63,861 nt of DNA, filler included, from Octopus bimaculoides (GCF_001194135.2; 9 parts of 9 records of this genome joined end to end with filler, not necessarily neighbours in it), one strand, 5' to 3'; counted from the whole stretch's first letter, positions 50,100 through 62,589 are shown. Made by a program: numbers and translations. The notes: generated by a model not told the origin, from the letters alone.

Positions 50100-51127
50100 T
50101 GAATTCACTATGGCAATGAGATCGGTGCAAACCTTAGACATGAATTTGACGCTTTTACTTTTTATTTTGTGTCTCATGTTTTTGCGTGAAAATCTCCCCA
50201 GTTCCGATTTCAACAAAATAGATTATTAAATAATCAAATTACATAGGTGATAACAACCTGGTCCACCTAGGATTACAGTGATACTATTGTAAACTGGATA
50301 TATGATTCATTGATATACTGGGTTGTGTTCAACTGACACTGTGAAATATGGTGAGGAGGAGGGGGAGGGGAAAGTTTTAACGATTTCATCCGAAGGTCAA
50401 GATGACTGAAAACCGATCGATGGTTACCTCTGATCATGAGAAAGAAAATTATTGACGCGATATCTGACAGCAGGGATATTTACAAGGAAGAGATACAAGA
50501 GTCGATTTAATGCAGTCAATTTAGCAGTGAAAACAGCCATGTTGTTTCACACAACATAACATTGCTGGCGGTAAAACGTTATGAGTGAGAGACATTAATC
50601 AAAAATTGTGAAAACTGTTTTACATGAAAACATCTAATTCGCCAGGAGATGGTGTCTCGATGATGATAGCAGATCAACGTAACAGACAAATGGCAGATTA
50701 ATTACAGTTAAAAAATATGTAGTTTCTTTCCCGGTCTGTGTTCCTTCCACTGTATCGTCTCTCTTATCTCGTTCTTAACATTTTTATTTTCATCATTTTG
50801 GAAATCCATCTGCAAATATGTTTTGTTCTTCTTTCTCAATCATATTTTCCTCCAGACTAGACAACTAATCAACAACAACTGTTGATTAAACCTCTCTATC
50901 TGCAAACAGTTGTTTCTACTATAGATCAGTGTTGAAGGACTTGGAATAATTTTTGGTTTTTAACCAAATCTATCGAGGCTTAAGTTTTAATAACGGAAAT
51001 AATTTTTAATTTTGTAAATTAAGGAGACACATTGCAACTGTAAATGAAACAAGATGTGGTTGTTTCAAACGTTCATTAACGAAAATACATAAAATTCAGA
51101 GTTTTTTGGACATCTTTCTTTTCTATC

Positions 51128-51492
51128 TTTTACTTGTTTCAGTCATTAGGCTCCGACCATGCTGGGGCACCATCTTAGAAGTTCTTAATTGGATGAATCG
51201 ACCTCAGTACGACTTTTCCTTAAAGCCTAGTGCTATTTCTATCGGTCTATTTTGCTGAACCGTTAAGTTACGGGCACTTAAACGCACCAACGTCGGTTGT
51301 CAAGCTTTGATGGGAACAAACACACACACACACATGCGACGGACTTCTTTCAGTCTCCTTCAACCAAATCCACTCACAAGTCTTTCGTCGGCTCCAGGCT
51401 ATACCAGGAGACCCAAAGTGCGAAGCAGTGGGACTGAACTCAGAATCTTGTGGTTGTGAAGCAAGTTTCTTAACACACCGAACCGCGCCTGC
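51128..51492 (-). mobile_element. tRNA-derived SINE, family A
   Basis: Near full-length reverse copy with CpGs retained. Confidence 0.85.
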
Positions 51493-52585
51493 GCCAATCG
51501 GTAAAAATATTTTTGATTATCAGCTGTAAAATTCTAATTGATTGAAACAACATTCAATAATTAGTAACCAAAGTACTCCTATAGTGTAGCTTAAGAATAA
51601 CCAGGGTACGTCTATAGTGTAGTACCTCTTTAGTGTAGATTATGAATAAATATAGCCATAGATTCTTGGTATGCATAAATTTTCATAACTCTCCCTCTAT
51701 TAATGTTCTGGTAATTAATGCCGTTCGTCAACCTTAGACCATTAAGTAAATGAGTTATGCAATCAGTTCTGCTAACATTATTTCTATTCTTCAATTGACA
51801 TTCTTCAAAAGTAGTTCTACGCTAATTTGAAAGGCAGAAGCTTAAGAAAGTAGAAAAAATCGTTTCGATCCTCATTTCACCTTACTAAAATTTATACCGT
51901 GCTTTACACAAACACACTTTATATCTATTAAACACATGATTACGACGTCTGGTCTGTATCAAACACGTGGTTATGGTTTTCGATACATATCAATTATTTC
52001 AAAACCATGAACCCCCAGTCGTCAAGCCTATCTCCTTTTTTGTCAACGATATTTTCTAGTGTTAAGAATGAAATAGAAAAGTATTTGGTTGGAACATAAC
52101 AGGCACAGGTGTGGCTGTGTAGTAAGAATCTTGCTTCACTTTGCTACCGCGCATGCGTTATTATCAGTGCCTGTCGAAGCGCTGAAAGAAGTTAGCCACG
52201 CTAGTTTGTAGCGTGGCGAATTAAGTGAAGCTCAACTGCAAGGTAAGACTTTTTGTATTTTTGGTCCAGTGGAGGCTTGTTGTTTGTTGTAATATTTTTG
52301 TACAAGCAAGGAGTCCTTACTGGATTTTGTACTCTGGTCTGCCTGCAGTTGGGCAAAATGTGTTCACTTTAAGTGAATAGTCTTTCTAACTTAATTGTGT
52401 GAATTATTGTGTTGGGGGCATACCTCGCCTCCAAAAATAGTTGAGCTTCACCAATTTTTGTGAAGTTTGTGGAAGTTTGTTCCAGTCGCTGTGTTCCGGT
52501 TTCGATTTGGATTACCAATAGGCCTGGATTACCTAGTGGCCGGAGAATTTGTGTATGCTGTGTTTTTTGAATTGTTGAACTGTTT

Positions 52586-52620
<35 letters not shown>

Positions 52621-53002
52621 CTTTTTTGTGACTTTTCTTTTTTGAACTCTTTTCTTTCTTCTTCCTTCTTTTTTGGTTGCGACTTTCTTTTTTTTTGAAA
52701 TTTTTCTTCATCACATCACATCACACCACCACGCACACACCACCTCTGACCACTTCCCAGCCCCACATCCACACACCTACACATACACACATGCACACGT
52801 CAAGGTCACCAGCCCTCTTCCACACGCACATACATACTCTCTGATACACTCGCACGCGCACCTTCGTTTTGGAATCACCATTACTTTATTATCTCCCCTT
52901 CTACCTAGCTCTCATGTGTGACCCTTCTGTCCGGCATTCGCCATGATAGATCGCTAGCCACTACACATTCTTTATTTTCTCTCCTTGTTTCTTTCTGTGT
53001 TC

Positions 53003-53038
53003 CTTTCTGTGGAAGGGCGTAGGCTCGAAACGTTAAAG
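53003..53038 (+). ncRNA. Degenerate hammerhead-like motif
   Basis: Helix I CUUU/AAAG, core CUGUGGA (A6U), extra A, helix II GGGC/GCUC, GAAA, ACGU palindrome, H17 = U. Confidence 0.45.
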
Positions 53039-53129
53039 ACTTTTCACTTCCCGAGCGTTGAACTAATACATCTGTTTGTTATCTACACCACCTGTCTTCG
53101 TCTCTTTTTGTGAATTCTCCCTATATACC

Positions 53130-53169
53130 GGCCATGACGAAGGGAAATAGCCCTGAAACTCGAGTCGCC
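53130..53169 (+). ncRNA. Minimal type-I hammerhead ribozyme-like motif
   Basis: Helix I GGC/GCC, core C(a)UGACGA, helix II AGGG/CCCU, GAAA, palindromic ACUCGAGU helix III, GUC cleavage triplet at 53164-53166. Confidence 0.65.
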
Positions 53170-53559
53170 TTTATATATATATATTTATATTTATATATTT
53201 ATATATTTGATCCTTTATATTGAACACTCAATATTTCATCTACATTCAATACTTTATTTCATGGTGCCATCCATTTTTATTTTATTTTATATTATATATT
53301 GTATATTATATTATATATTGTATATTCCATGTTCTACACCCCACATTAGTTCTGCAGGAATATAAATAAAACATAAAAAACAGACAGTGTTGGGACTCTT
53401 TTAAGCAAAATAATATATTCCTCTATACACAATCATACAAAAAAATCCACCTTTTTTGTATTTATTTTTACTCGCATATATATATATATACATGCATGCA
53501 TCTATGTGTGTGTGTTGTGTCTGTGTTTGATATTTATTTCTATAAAATAATTTTTCTTC

Positions 53560-54240
53560 CGGCTTTTGGTAAGAGAAAACTTAATTTGTATCGAGCTTTA
53601 AAGTAATTCCTAAGAATTACCTATGCTAAAATTGGTGACCGCTGTAATATATAAACCCGTTTCTCTAAATGAATTAATGAAGTTTTTCTAGAATCTATCT
53701 ACTTCATCTCCACTCGTATCACATGAGATTTAGAAGCCAGTGTCTTTGGAAAGTCCTCTTTTGTTAGAAAATGTTCACTGCGAAAAGTCCAACATGATCT
53801 TACACAGTTGTGTTCCATCTGATGTTTCAATATCAATAATTCGTCTCCGATATTTTATTTTCTAAATAGAATTACCAAAACAGAATAGGGATTTCCTAGC
53901 ACAGATATTTATACTGACGCTGGATTTGTTTATTAATGTGATAGAAATGACGGAAGGCACAACTTTGAGAAGAAGAAGCTAAATGACGAAAGGATAAAAG
54001 TCAACGTTGTCAAACTCAGAAAACAGTTTTCGCTGCTCATGGTCTCCATAATGCTATTCTAATTCTTGTATAATGGGAGAGAAAACAGATTTTTCTCTGG
54101 GTATAACGATTTCTAGGATATGCTTGTTTACTGTTGTTAATCCCAGTTTACACATTTCGTGGGGTTAAAGAAGTGGAATTTGTGGTCTTTAAGCGTAATG
54201 TACGATGTTCGATAGCCTGGGTTTTCAACGTTATCAAAAC
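53560..54240 (-). pseudogene. Decayed Penelope-like reverse transcriptase
   Basis: Minus frames contain ITLKDHK, FDNVDFYP, ARKSLF, DGTQLC and SGDEVDRF..FINSFRETGLYIT..TN, in the order expected for PLE RT. Confidence 0.75.
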
Positions 54241-54337
54241 ATTGAATAAAGTGGCAATTTGTTTCTGCAATTTGTGAAGTTTTAAGCTTCCAATCAATGG
54301 ACTAAATCAGTATTGAGTACTCTATAAACGCACAAAT

Positions 54338-54392
<55 letters not shown>

Positions 54393-55762
54393 ACACAGAG
54401 GGAGAAAGAGACAGAGTCCGATATAAAACAAAGGGTTTGTAACTTCTTGAGAAAAAAGACCATTTCTCTGCCGATAAAGCTGTGTATTAGCAACAAAAAT
54501 GCTATAAAGATATCAATCTATAACGACTGCCAAACATTAGCTTTAATAATGTGGACTTTATTTACAAGTAGTAGTAGTAGTAGTAGTAGTAATAATAATA
54601 ATAATAATCATAATCATAATAATAATAATAATTATGATAATGATGACGACGATGATGATGATGATGATGGTGATGATGGTGATGATGATGATGATGATGA
54701 TGATGATGAGTTTTGTCTTCTGTAGATAATAATAACACTAATGATAATGAAAATATATATAGTAATAATAATAGTAATAATAACAATAAATGATGATGAT
54801 CAAGTTGATAACAGCAATAAAAAGAAGAAGAGGAGGAGGAGGGGAGGNNNNNNNNNNNNNNNNNNNNNNNNNNNNNNNNNNNNNNNNNNNNNNNNNNNNN
54901 NNNNNNNNNNNNNNNNNNNNNNNNNNNNNNNNNNNNNNNNNNNNNNNNNNNNNNNNNNNNNNNNNNNNNNNNNNNNNNNNNNNNNNNNNNNNNNNNNNNN
55001 NNNNNNNNNNNNNNNNNNNNNNNNNNNNNNNNNNNNNNNNNNNNNNNNNNNNNNNNNGAGGAGGGGAGGAGGAGGAGGAAGAGGAAGAGGAAGAGGAAGA
55101 GGAGGAGGAACACTTGAACACTTTTGATGAAAGTTGAGGGTTATTGTCAAGTGATTGAGTGACAGGCAGTCAAATTTGTCTGCAATCCTCTCGGCAATTT
55201 CTTTGACCCACAATATTTTTTTCGATTTGAGTGACTCGTAAGAATGTGATAAGGAACCCCAAGTCGTGAGTAGTGGATTGTTCCTTTGGAGAATAACAAA
55301 TGTAGAACTATTGAAAAGGTTGTAGATATACGATGCCATTGATATCTAAAACTGTATTCATAATATTACATGTAAAAATGCATAGTATGGTGCGTGTGTC
55401 TTGTAATGGGTAAAACGACTCTACCATGATGCACTTATTTTGATCCGAACGCCTGCAATCTCAGAACAGATTTCTTTACAAAGATATGCAAATCAGAAAC
55501 ACATACACACACACTCTCTCTCTCACACACAGGCACGCGCGTGCACACATACACAGACATAATATATACACACTCACACGGTCATACATTTACATACACT
55601 CATAAATTATTGGGGTTTCAAATCGGAAAGTGCACAAATCTATAAAAGAATATATATATATANNNNNNNNNNNNNNNNNNNNNNNNNNNNNNNNNNNNNN
55701 NNNNNNTTAATTAATTAANNNNNNNNNNNNNNNNNNNNNNNNNNNNNNNNNNNNNNNNNNNN

Positions 55763-55883
55763 GTTAAGCGATGGTCTAGGTTTGGGAGAAGCAGCTGCTA
55801 TTCCTGGTGTTCTTTGGGTCGGGGCAAGCTTCAAGGATTGGATACCGCAAGACAGACTCGCAGTCGACGAAAGGAAAACCAAG
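55763..55883 (+). other. Candidate exon (5' end hidden in gap)
   Basis: CpG-rich and open to an AAG|GTAAGG donor at 55883/55884; second in-frame donor CAG|GTAACA at 55949/55950. No protein family recognised. Confidence 0.3.
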
Positions 55884-56959
55884 GTAAGGCGATTACATCT
55901 ACTCGCACGCATACACCACAGTGACAAACCAGAAAGCATTTATTTTCAGGTAACAAAAAAAAAAAAATGGGGTGACTAGATAACACGCACTTCTCGAATA
56001 CAGTCTGTTAAAGTAAAATTATCTTAGATTTTTCGACAGTTCCACATGCACTAGTAATCCAGATTCCAAGAATAATGTTTTGCTTCTTTGTTAGAAACCT
56101 GTTTATAGGGGAAAAAATTGTAGAAATTTATAAATGACATTTACACTGGGAAAGGTGGAATTAGTTAAAACACAGGGTAATTTGAAATACTTCCTTTTTC
56201 GCAGAAACAAAAGACCTAGTGAGGACTGTGTGGCTATCTTACAAGGGCCTCTTATACTACTTTTCAATTATATTGGTAAAGATGTTGATGCAGAACATTT
56301 TAAGTACACAAAAATTTTCACGTTAGAAATTTTCATGTTTCATAAATACTCTGGTCAAGAATTAATGCATTTATTTGTTGATTGTTTGATGGAAAATAAT
56401 CAGCAAAGGCTGCAAATAATTTACTTGTTCTAATTTGTGTTGTGTACACTGCATATGTTGATCTTGTTATTATTAGTTGAAACATGATAAATGGGTTAGG
56501 TGGAACATATTTCAATTAATTCCACTATCCTATGTACATTGGTATGTGTAGTAGCACTTAAACTCAAAAGGAGGTCACAAGTTTGACACTGAATATACAA
56601 GTTGACTGCCTGAATATGTTCTACTTTGGATGGAAAATAAAATCACAGGCAACAGACCCTTCAAGTGCAAGGGTGTGGATTGGTAATCTGCATTCTGCAG
56701 AGAAGAAAAACTGCACTATTATGTTGCACTGGTTGATGAAATGAATGAGGTAACTAAACAAAATTTTGAAATGTGTTCCAAACAAAAATTTTGCACACCC
56801 CAAATTTACAATGCCCAGATGATACTGAAATGTTGAAGACATCATTGAGATTGATGAATGTCAAGTGTAGTGGTTTATTTTTGGCTATATGCTTCTCCTG
56901 CAGTTGCTGTACTAGAAAGACAGCAACAGTAGTACTTCTAACTATTGTAACAATTGACA

Positions 56960-58050
56960 GTGATGCTGCTACACCAGTAGCTCACATTTGGAAGACTCTC
57001 CCATTCATTATCCACAGACAGTAGCCTTCCAGAATAGTACTTCCATGCCTCTTTCTTTTCAACATCGCTAAGTGCAAGTGTACTATTATCCTTTCATACA
57101 CACTTATCTCACACGTCTTGATTTCCTCTGATATACTGTTTTGTGATCAGGAATATCTCATGCCATAGAACATTAGTAAACCTCTTCCTTTCTACTTTTT
57201 CCTTTGCAAAATGGATGTGTCTCCTAGCTTCTCTTCTAGCCACTTGGTATAGTTTTCTGTTACCCCATTGTCTAGTTCTAATTCTCACCAAATGCTTCAA
57301 TTTGAATGTCTTTATATTTTCATACCTTTCATTTCCAGTTCAGTTTGTGTCCCTACTCCTTATCTTGGTACATTCTTCACCAAGAAAGGACTTTGCATTC
57401 ATAAGCATCAGTATATCCTTTTTTTACTGTTGGGGATGTAGTTCAATCTAGATTGTGCTCACCAGATTAATAGGTGATTAGGTGGCTGGTAAGTTTTCTT
57501 AAGTTAGTCTTGCAGATCATTTGCAGCGTAGAACTTCAGTCTTTTTCCCTTCTCATTTCTAGAATTAAAGCCATTACCTCTATGTACATCACAAAATCCA
57601 TTGGACTGCTGCTAGCATGTCAGTTAAAATTACCAGCCATGAAAATAGGGTCATTGTTGGCTATTATTATCGTGGTCATCTGCAGAGTGGCTCTATAGAA
57701 ACAGTCCTGTTCATCTGCTAGTCTAGCTAGAGAAGCATATGCTAAGACAAATGTAACTGTTGTATAATCTAACACTAGTCACAGCTTAGCAATTCTATCA
57801 CATATTCTAACTACCTCAATCAATTTCTCTGCCAAAAGTATACCTGCACCACCCACTCTGTCACCGCTACTTATCCAGATTTGTACCTTTGCTCCATGCC
57901 CATGAGAAGTCTAGTAGGGGTTCTCCTCAACTTACCTCTTGCAAATTGCACACATTTAAATGTCTCTTGCTATAGCATTTTGAAAATTTTACCAGACAGG
58001 TTTTCCATTGGGTCAACATTGATCATGGCAACCTTAAGGATGTGGACTTT
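56960..58050 (-). pseudogene. Decayed RTE apurinic-endonuclease region
   Basis: Minus frames: LKVAMINV..., GGAGILLAEK..IEVVRICDRI, AYAS, AGNFN, RNEKG, NDL, HLITY - RTE APE order with deletions. Confidence 0.75.
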
Positions 58051-58849
58051 AAAAGAGTGAGGGAAAAATTGGGGTATTGATTTAAGTATCTGAAAAGAAG
58101 ATGTTTGCAAACACATGCTATTAGGTGGTGAGTTTTTGCATATATATTGTGAATCAGATATTTATTGCTCAATAAATTACACTTTGTCTTAATCCCAACA
58201 AAACTTCAAGAACAAGCAAAAGGGAGAGAAGTAGTGATGGTGAGAGTGTGTGTGCACATACACATGCCACATATTATACACACACATACATATATGCATT
58301 TTCACATACACACATGACTAACACATAAATCTGCACATATACATTTACCAGAATAGCCGTCTACACACACACACACACATGCATTAATCTACACATATAT
58401 ACACATAAAAGCATGTGGTTGGTGTTAGGAAGGGCATCCAGCTATAAAAATCCTGCCAAAACAGACAGCGAAACATAGTGCAGTCTTCTGCTTAGCCAGC
58501 TCCTGCACCATACACATTATCCTCCACCTAAACCACCTTCTCCACAACTTTCTTGCTTGCACTAAACTCCACTCATACTCCCATCCTGTCCCATCCGATG
58601 CCATTACACCCACCCCCTCCCTCCTCAATCCACTCCCCCCTTCTCAATCCACCCCTCCCTCCTCGATCCACTCCCCCATCTGCACTCCCACCCTTCCATT
58701 ACTCCAACCCTCCTATACACCACTTCCTCCTCTCTCCTCCCAGCCTTCCACTGCCTCCACCACCCTCCCCACTTAATTCACTCCCCCTCACTTAAAAAAA
58801 AGGGTCATGTTGGACCTATAAACTCTGCACATTTTTTCTCTCTCTGTTA

Positions 58850-61320
58850 ACCAGGTGATACACAAAGGAGTCATACCCAATGATTGGTGTAGCACCACCA
58901 TAGTTAACTGCTACAGAGGTAAAGATGACACTTTAGACACAAATAATTACAGAGGTATCAAGTTGTTGGATCAGGTAATGAAGGTCATGTAGAGGGTCAT
59001 AGCCCAACTAATTAGGGAGAGAGTCAGTTTAGATGAGATGCAGTTTGGGTTCATACCAGGGAAAAGCACCACTGATTTAAGATAGCTGCAGGAGAAATAC
59101 CTAGCCAAAGATAAATCTCTGTACCTGGCTTTCGTTGACATGGAGAAAGCCTTTGACAGGGTCCCCCGATCCTATATCTGGTAGTCAATGAGGAAACTAG
59201 GGATAGATGAGTGGTTAGTGACAGCTGTGCAAGCCATGTACAAGGATACCGTCAGTAAGGTGAGGGTTGCAAAGAGTACAGTGAAGAATTCCAGTTAGAG
59301 GTAGGGATCCACCAAGGTTTAGTCTTTAGCCCCCTCCAATTTATCATAGTCCTCCAGGCAATAACAGAAGAATTCAAGACAGGTTGCCCCTGGGAGTTCC
59401 TCTATGCTGATGACCTTCCTCTAATTGCTGAGTCACTATCAGAATTAGAGGAGAAGTTTCAGGTGTGGAAGCAAGGATTAGAATCGAAGGGCCTTAGAGT
59501 CAACCTAGCTAAAACCAAAGTCCTAATAAGTAGGAAGGGAGACAAACCACAAACTCCTTCAGGTAGATGGCCTTGCTCGATCTGTAGAAAAGGCGTAGGT
59601 AGAAACTCTATAAGATGTACCCAGTGTAAGCTATGGACACATAAGTGGTTAGGAAGATAGTTTTTGTATGTGGCAGATACTTAGGAGCAATAAACACTGA
59701 AAATGTGCAGAGAATAACTTCTGCCACGTTCCAGGGAGAAAAACCAGAAGTAGTTGATAGCTTCCGTTACCTAGGTCAGGGGTTTTCAAACTGTGGTCCG
59801 CAAGGACAAGACAGGGGGTCCGTGGACAGCAAATACTTTTTATGGGCAATTTGATTTTATATATGTTTTTTAATCGAAATTTTTTAATTGACAATAAGCC
59901 TATTTGTTAAATACTGTTAAATAAATAAATGTAAAAATATATGTTATTTTAAGCAAATATTTATGTATAAATTTCATAAGCGTTNNNNNNNNNNNNNNNN
60001 NNNNNNNNNNNNNNNNNNNNNNNNNNNNNNNNNNNNNNNNNNNNNNNNNNNNNNNNNNNNNNNNNNNNNNNNNNNNNNNNNNNNNNNNNNNNNNNNNNNN
60101 NNNNNNNNNNNNNNNNNNNNNNNNNNNNNNNNNNNNNNNNNNNNNNNNNNNNNNNNNNNNNNNNNNNNNNNNNNNNNNNNNNNNNNNNNNNNNNNNNNNN
60201 NNNNNNNNNNNNNNNNNNNNNNNNNNNNNNNNNNNNNNNNNNNNNNNNNNNNNNNNNNNNNNNNNNNNNNNNNNNNNNNNNNNNNNNNNNNNNNNNNNNN
60301 NNNNNNNNNNNNNNNNNNNNNNNNNNNNNNNNNNNNNNNNNNNNNNNNNNNNNNNNNNNNNNNNNNNNNNNNNNNNNNNNNNNNNNNNNNNNNNNNNNNN
60401 NNNNNNNNNNNNNNNNNNNNNNNNNNNNNNNNNNNNNNNNNNNNNNNNNNNNNNNNNNNNNNNNNNNNNNNNNNNNNNNNNNNNNNNNNNNNNNNNNNNN
60501 NNNNNNNNNNNNNNNNNNNNNNNNNNNNNNNNNNNNNNNNNNNNNNNNNNNNNNNNNNNNNNNNNNNNNNNNNNNNNNNNNNNNNNNNNNNNNNNNNNNN
60601 NNNNNNNNNNNCCCGACAAGACAAGTGAGACCATAACTCGTGGCCTTTACCAGGGGTGTAGCCAGCCCACTTATGCGTACCTTTCCTTCTTTGGACACAA
60701 AACCCTGCTTGCAAAGATCTATTGAGGCAAGTGAAATCGAAATTGAACCAAATTCAACGACTGGCACCCATGCCAACCTTCCTTCATTGGACACTAAACT
60801 CTGCTTGTGAAGACCTGTTGGGGCAAGTGAAATTGAAACTGAACCAAATTCGATGACTGACACCTATGCCAGTGGAGCACTAACAGCACCATCTGAGCGG
60901 GATCTCTGCCAGAGCACCTGTCTGGCTTCCATGTGGTGGCATGTAAAACGCACCATTTGAGCGTGATTGTTACTAGTGTCACCTTACTGGCACTTGTGCT
61001 GGTGGCACGTGAACAAAATATTTTGAGCGAGGTCATTGCCAGTGCCATTGGACTGACTCCTGTGCAGGTAGCACCTAGAAAACACCATTTGAGCATGACC
61101 GTTGCTAGTACCGCCAGACTGGCCCTCATACCTGTGGAACGTAAAAGCACCCACTACACTCTCGGAGTGGTTGGCGTTAGGAAGGACATCCAGCTGTAGA
61201 AACTCTGCCAGATCAGATTGGAGCCTGGTGCAGGCATTCAGTTTGCCAGTCCTCAATCAAATCATCCAACCCATGCTAGCATAGAAAGTGGACGTTTAAA
61301 TGATGATGATGATGATGATA
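58850..61320 (+). mobile_element. 5'-truncated RTE LINE (RT, PHD-like finger, 3' UTR, (GAT)n tail), interrupted by a hAT insertion and a gap
   Basis: IPNDW...NYRGIKLL...QFGFIPGKSTTD...AFVDMEKAFDRVP...GIHQG..SPL...LYADDL...GLRVNLAKTK...EVVDSFRYLG with stops and frameshifts; 3' UTR has about 88-bp tandem repeats and the same tail as 5960-6128. Confidence 0.9.
59777..59984 (+). mobile_element. hAT (Charlie/Buster-type) element, left end
   Basis: CAGGGGTTTTCAAACTGTGG TIR directly after ACCTAGGT (nnnTAnnn), breaking the RTE frame at FRYLG; the right end is in the gap. Confidence 0.8.
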
Positions 61321-61704
61321 TTCTTTTTCATTCTTCCTCCATTTTTTTCCTCTTAATCCCTTTTGTCAAAGAGCATAGTCTCGAAATGTAAAAAACTTTT
61401 CCATTCTTTTTGAGCGTTAAACTAATACACCTGCTTGTTGTTCCTACACATGTCTTCGTCTTTTATTTTGTGTAAATTTGAACTATATTTATATCAAAAG
61501 GATGTGTTATAATACGATTCCATATATGCAAAAACAGCCATACCAACAATCCAACATACATTCATCATCAGCTGCCCCATGAGTATCATTTTGGTTTCGA
61601 CACCTGAGCAGTACCATTCAGTCCAGCAGTGTCAAATAAGTGTTGGTTGGGAACAAACATACCAAAGAAACCTGTATGTATGTGTGAATACGTATGTATA
61701 TCTA

Positions 61705-61975
61705 TCTATATATATAAAAATGAGAATGTATGTCTGTGTGAATCCCTAAAACTCCAGAACTACACAACCAATTTCATTCAAATTTTACACATGTCTTACT
61801 TAGGGTCCCGGTTGTGTTTTAGTCAAAAAAATTTTTTAACTTCTTGCATAGTTCAAGCCCACAGCAACATATCTCATCCACTATTTAAGTATTACGTGTC
61901 AAAAGTGAAACAAAAACACTGTCAAATATATTCACTTTAATAGTTTCATTTTCATACTGAATCTACTACAGTGAA
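61705..61975 (+). mobile_element. Non-autonomous Helitron-like 5' portion
   Basis: Begins TCTATATATATAAAAATGAGAATGTATGTCTG, typical of invertebrate non-autonomous Helitrons; no hairpin-CTRR 3' end seen. Confidence 0.55.
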
Positions 61976-62589
61976 ACTATACTCTCACATATATACAGGC
62001 ATAAATACATATATACATACATACATGCATATATATATATATATATATATATATANNNNNNNNNNNNNNNNNNNNNNNNNNNNNNNNNNNNNNNNNNNNT
62101 TAATTAATTAANNNNNNNNNNNNNNNNNNNNNNNNNNNNNNNNNNNNNNNNNNNNCATGCGTGGAATTCAACAACCAAGCTTTCCCGCTTCATTCTGTCT
62201 CTTTCTTGCTGGCCAGCGATTGAGCAAGGACGTGTTTAGCTGTCTCTCTCCATCTTTCGAATTTATGCTAGACAGCTCATTCACATCTACATACCAACGT
62301 CCCAACAACCATGCTCACACACACAGAAGACGTCTCAACAAACAAGAGATAAAGATGTATATTAACCACCTTAAAATAAATGTTGTTTAAGTTGATAGTC
62401 TGGAGTTCAGCGTTCCGTTAATTCTTAATTTTATATAGGAAAGTCAGGTATACATCTAATGATGTATAACCCACTTTCCTATAAGACCTTTGATTGTCAA
62501 CAGAGGTAAAAGCTCTCTGAATTTTGTCCATCATATTATTATTCTACCAATTCCACTTTCAGTACATCTTTCTCACTACTAATTAGGTC

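Larger units (their letters stand above)
52860..53290 (+). mobile_element. Penelope-like element terminal (pLTR) remnants; decayed related copy at about 61358-61470
   Basis: Non-coding termini with ...GAAGGGCGTAGGCTCGAAACGT... and ...TGACGAAGGG...CCCTGAAACTCGAGTC motifs characteristic of PLE pLTRs. Confidence 0.65.

Noticed and set aside
50100-50860. Minus-strand fragments loosely resembling a decayed GPCR (for example TALNRLLYL)
   Set aside because: Many stops and frameshifts, no consistent seven-TM order; likely pattern-matching noise. TBLASTN or HMMER would be needed to revive it.
58540-58795. C-rich low-complexity tract (Pro-rich ORF, G4 potential on the minus strand)
   Set aside because: Degenerate simple repeat with no coding or family evidence.
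1222-62111. Many long ORFs in the track (poly-X, HT, YI, RE, SL, CV repeats)
   Set aside because: They are read-through of N gaps or translations of microsatellites.
5531-62155. Eight identical TTAATTAATTAA palindromes, superficially like a dispersed regulatory repeat or array
   Set aside because: Each is centred in exactly 44 N + 44 N and has stops in six frames: an assembler-inserted 100-bp gap linker, not biology.
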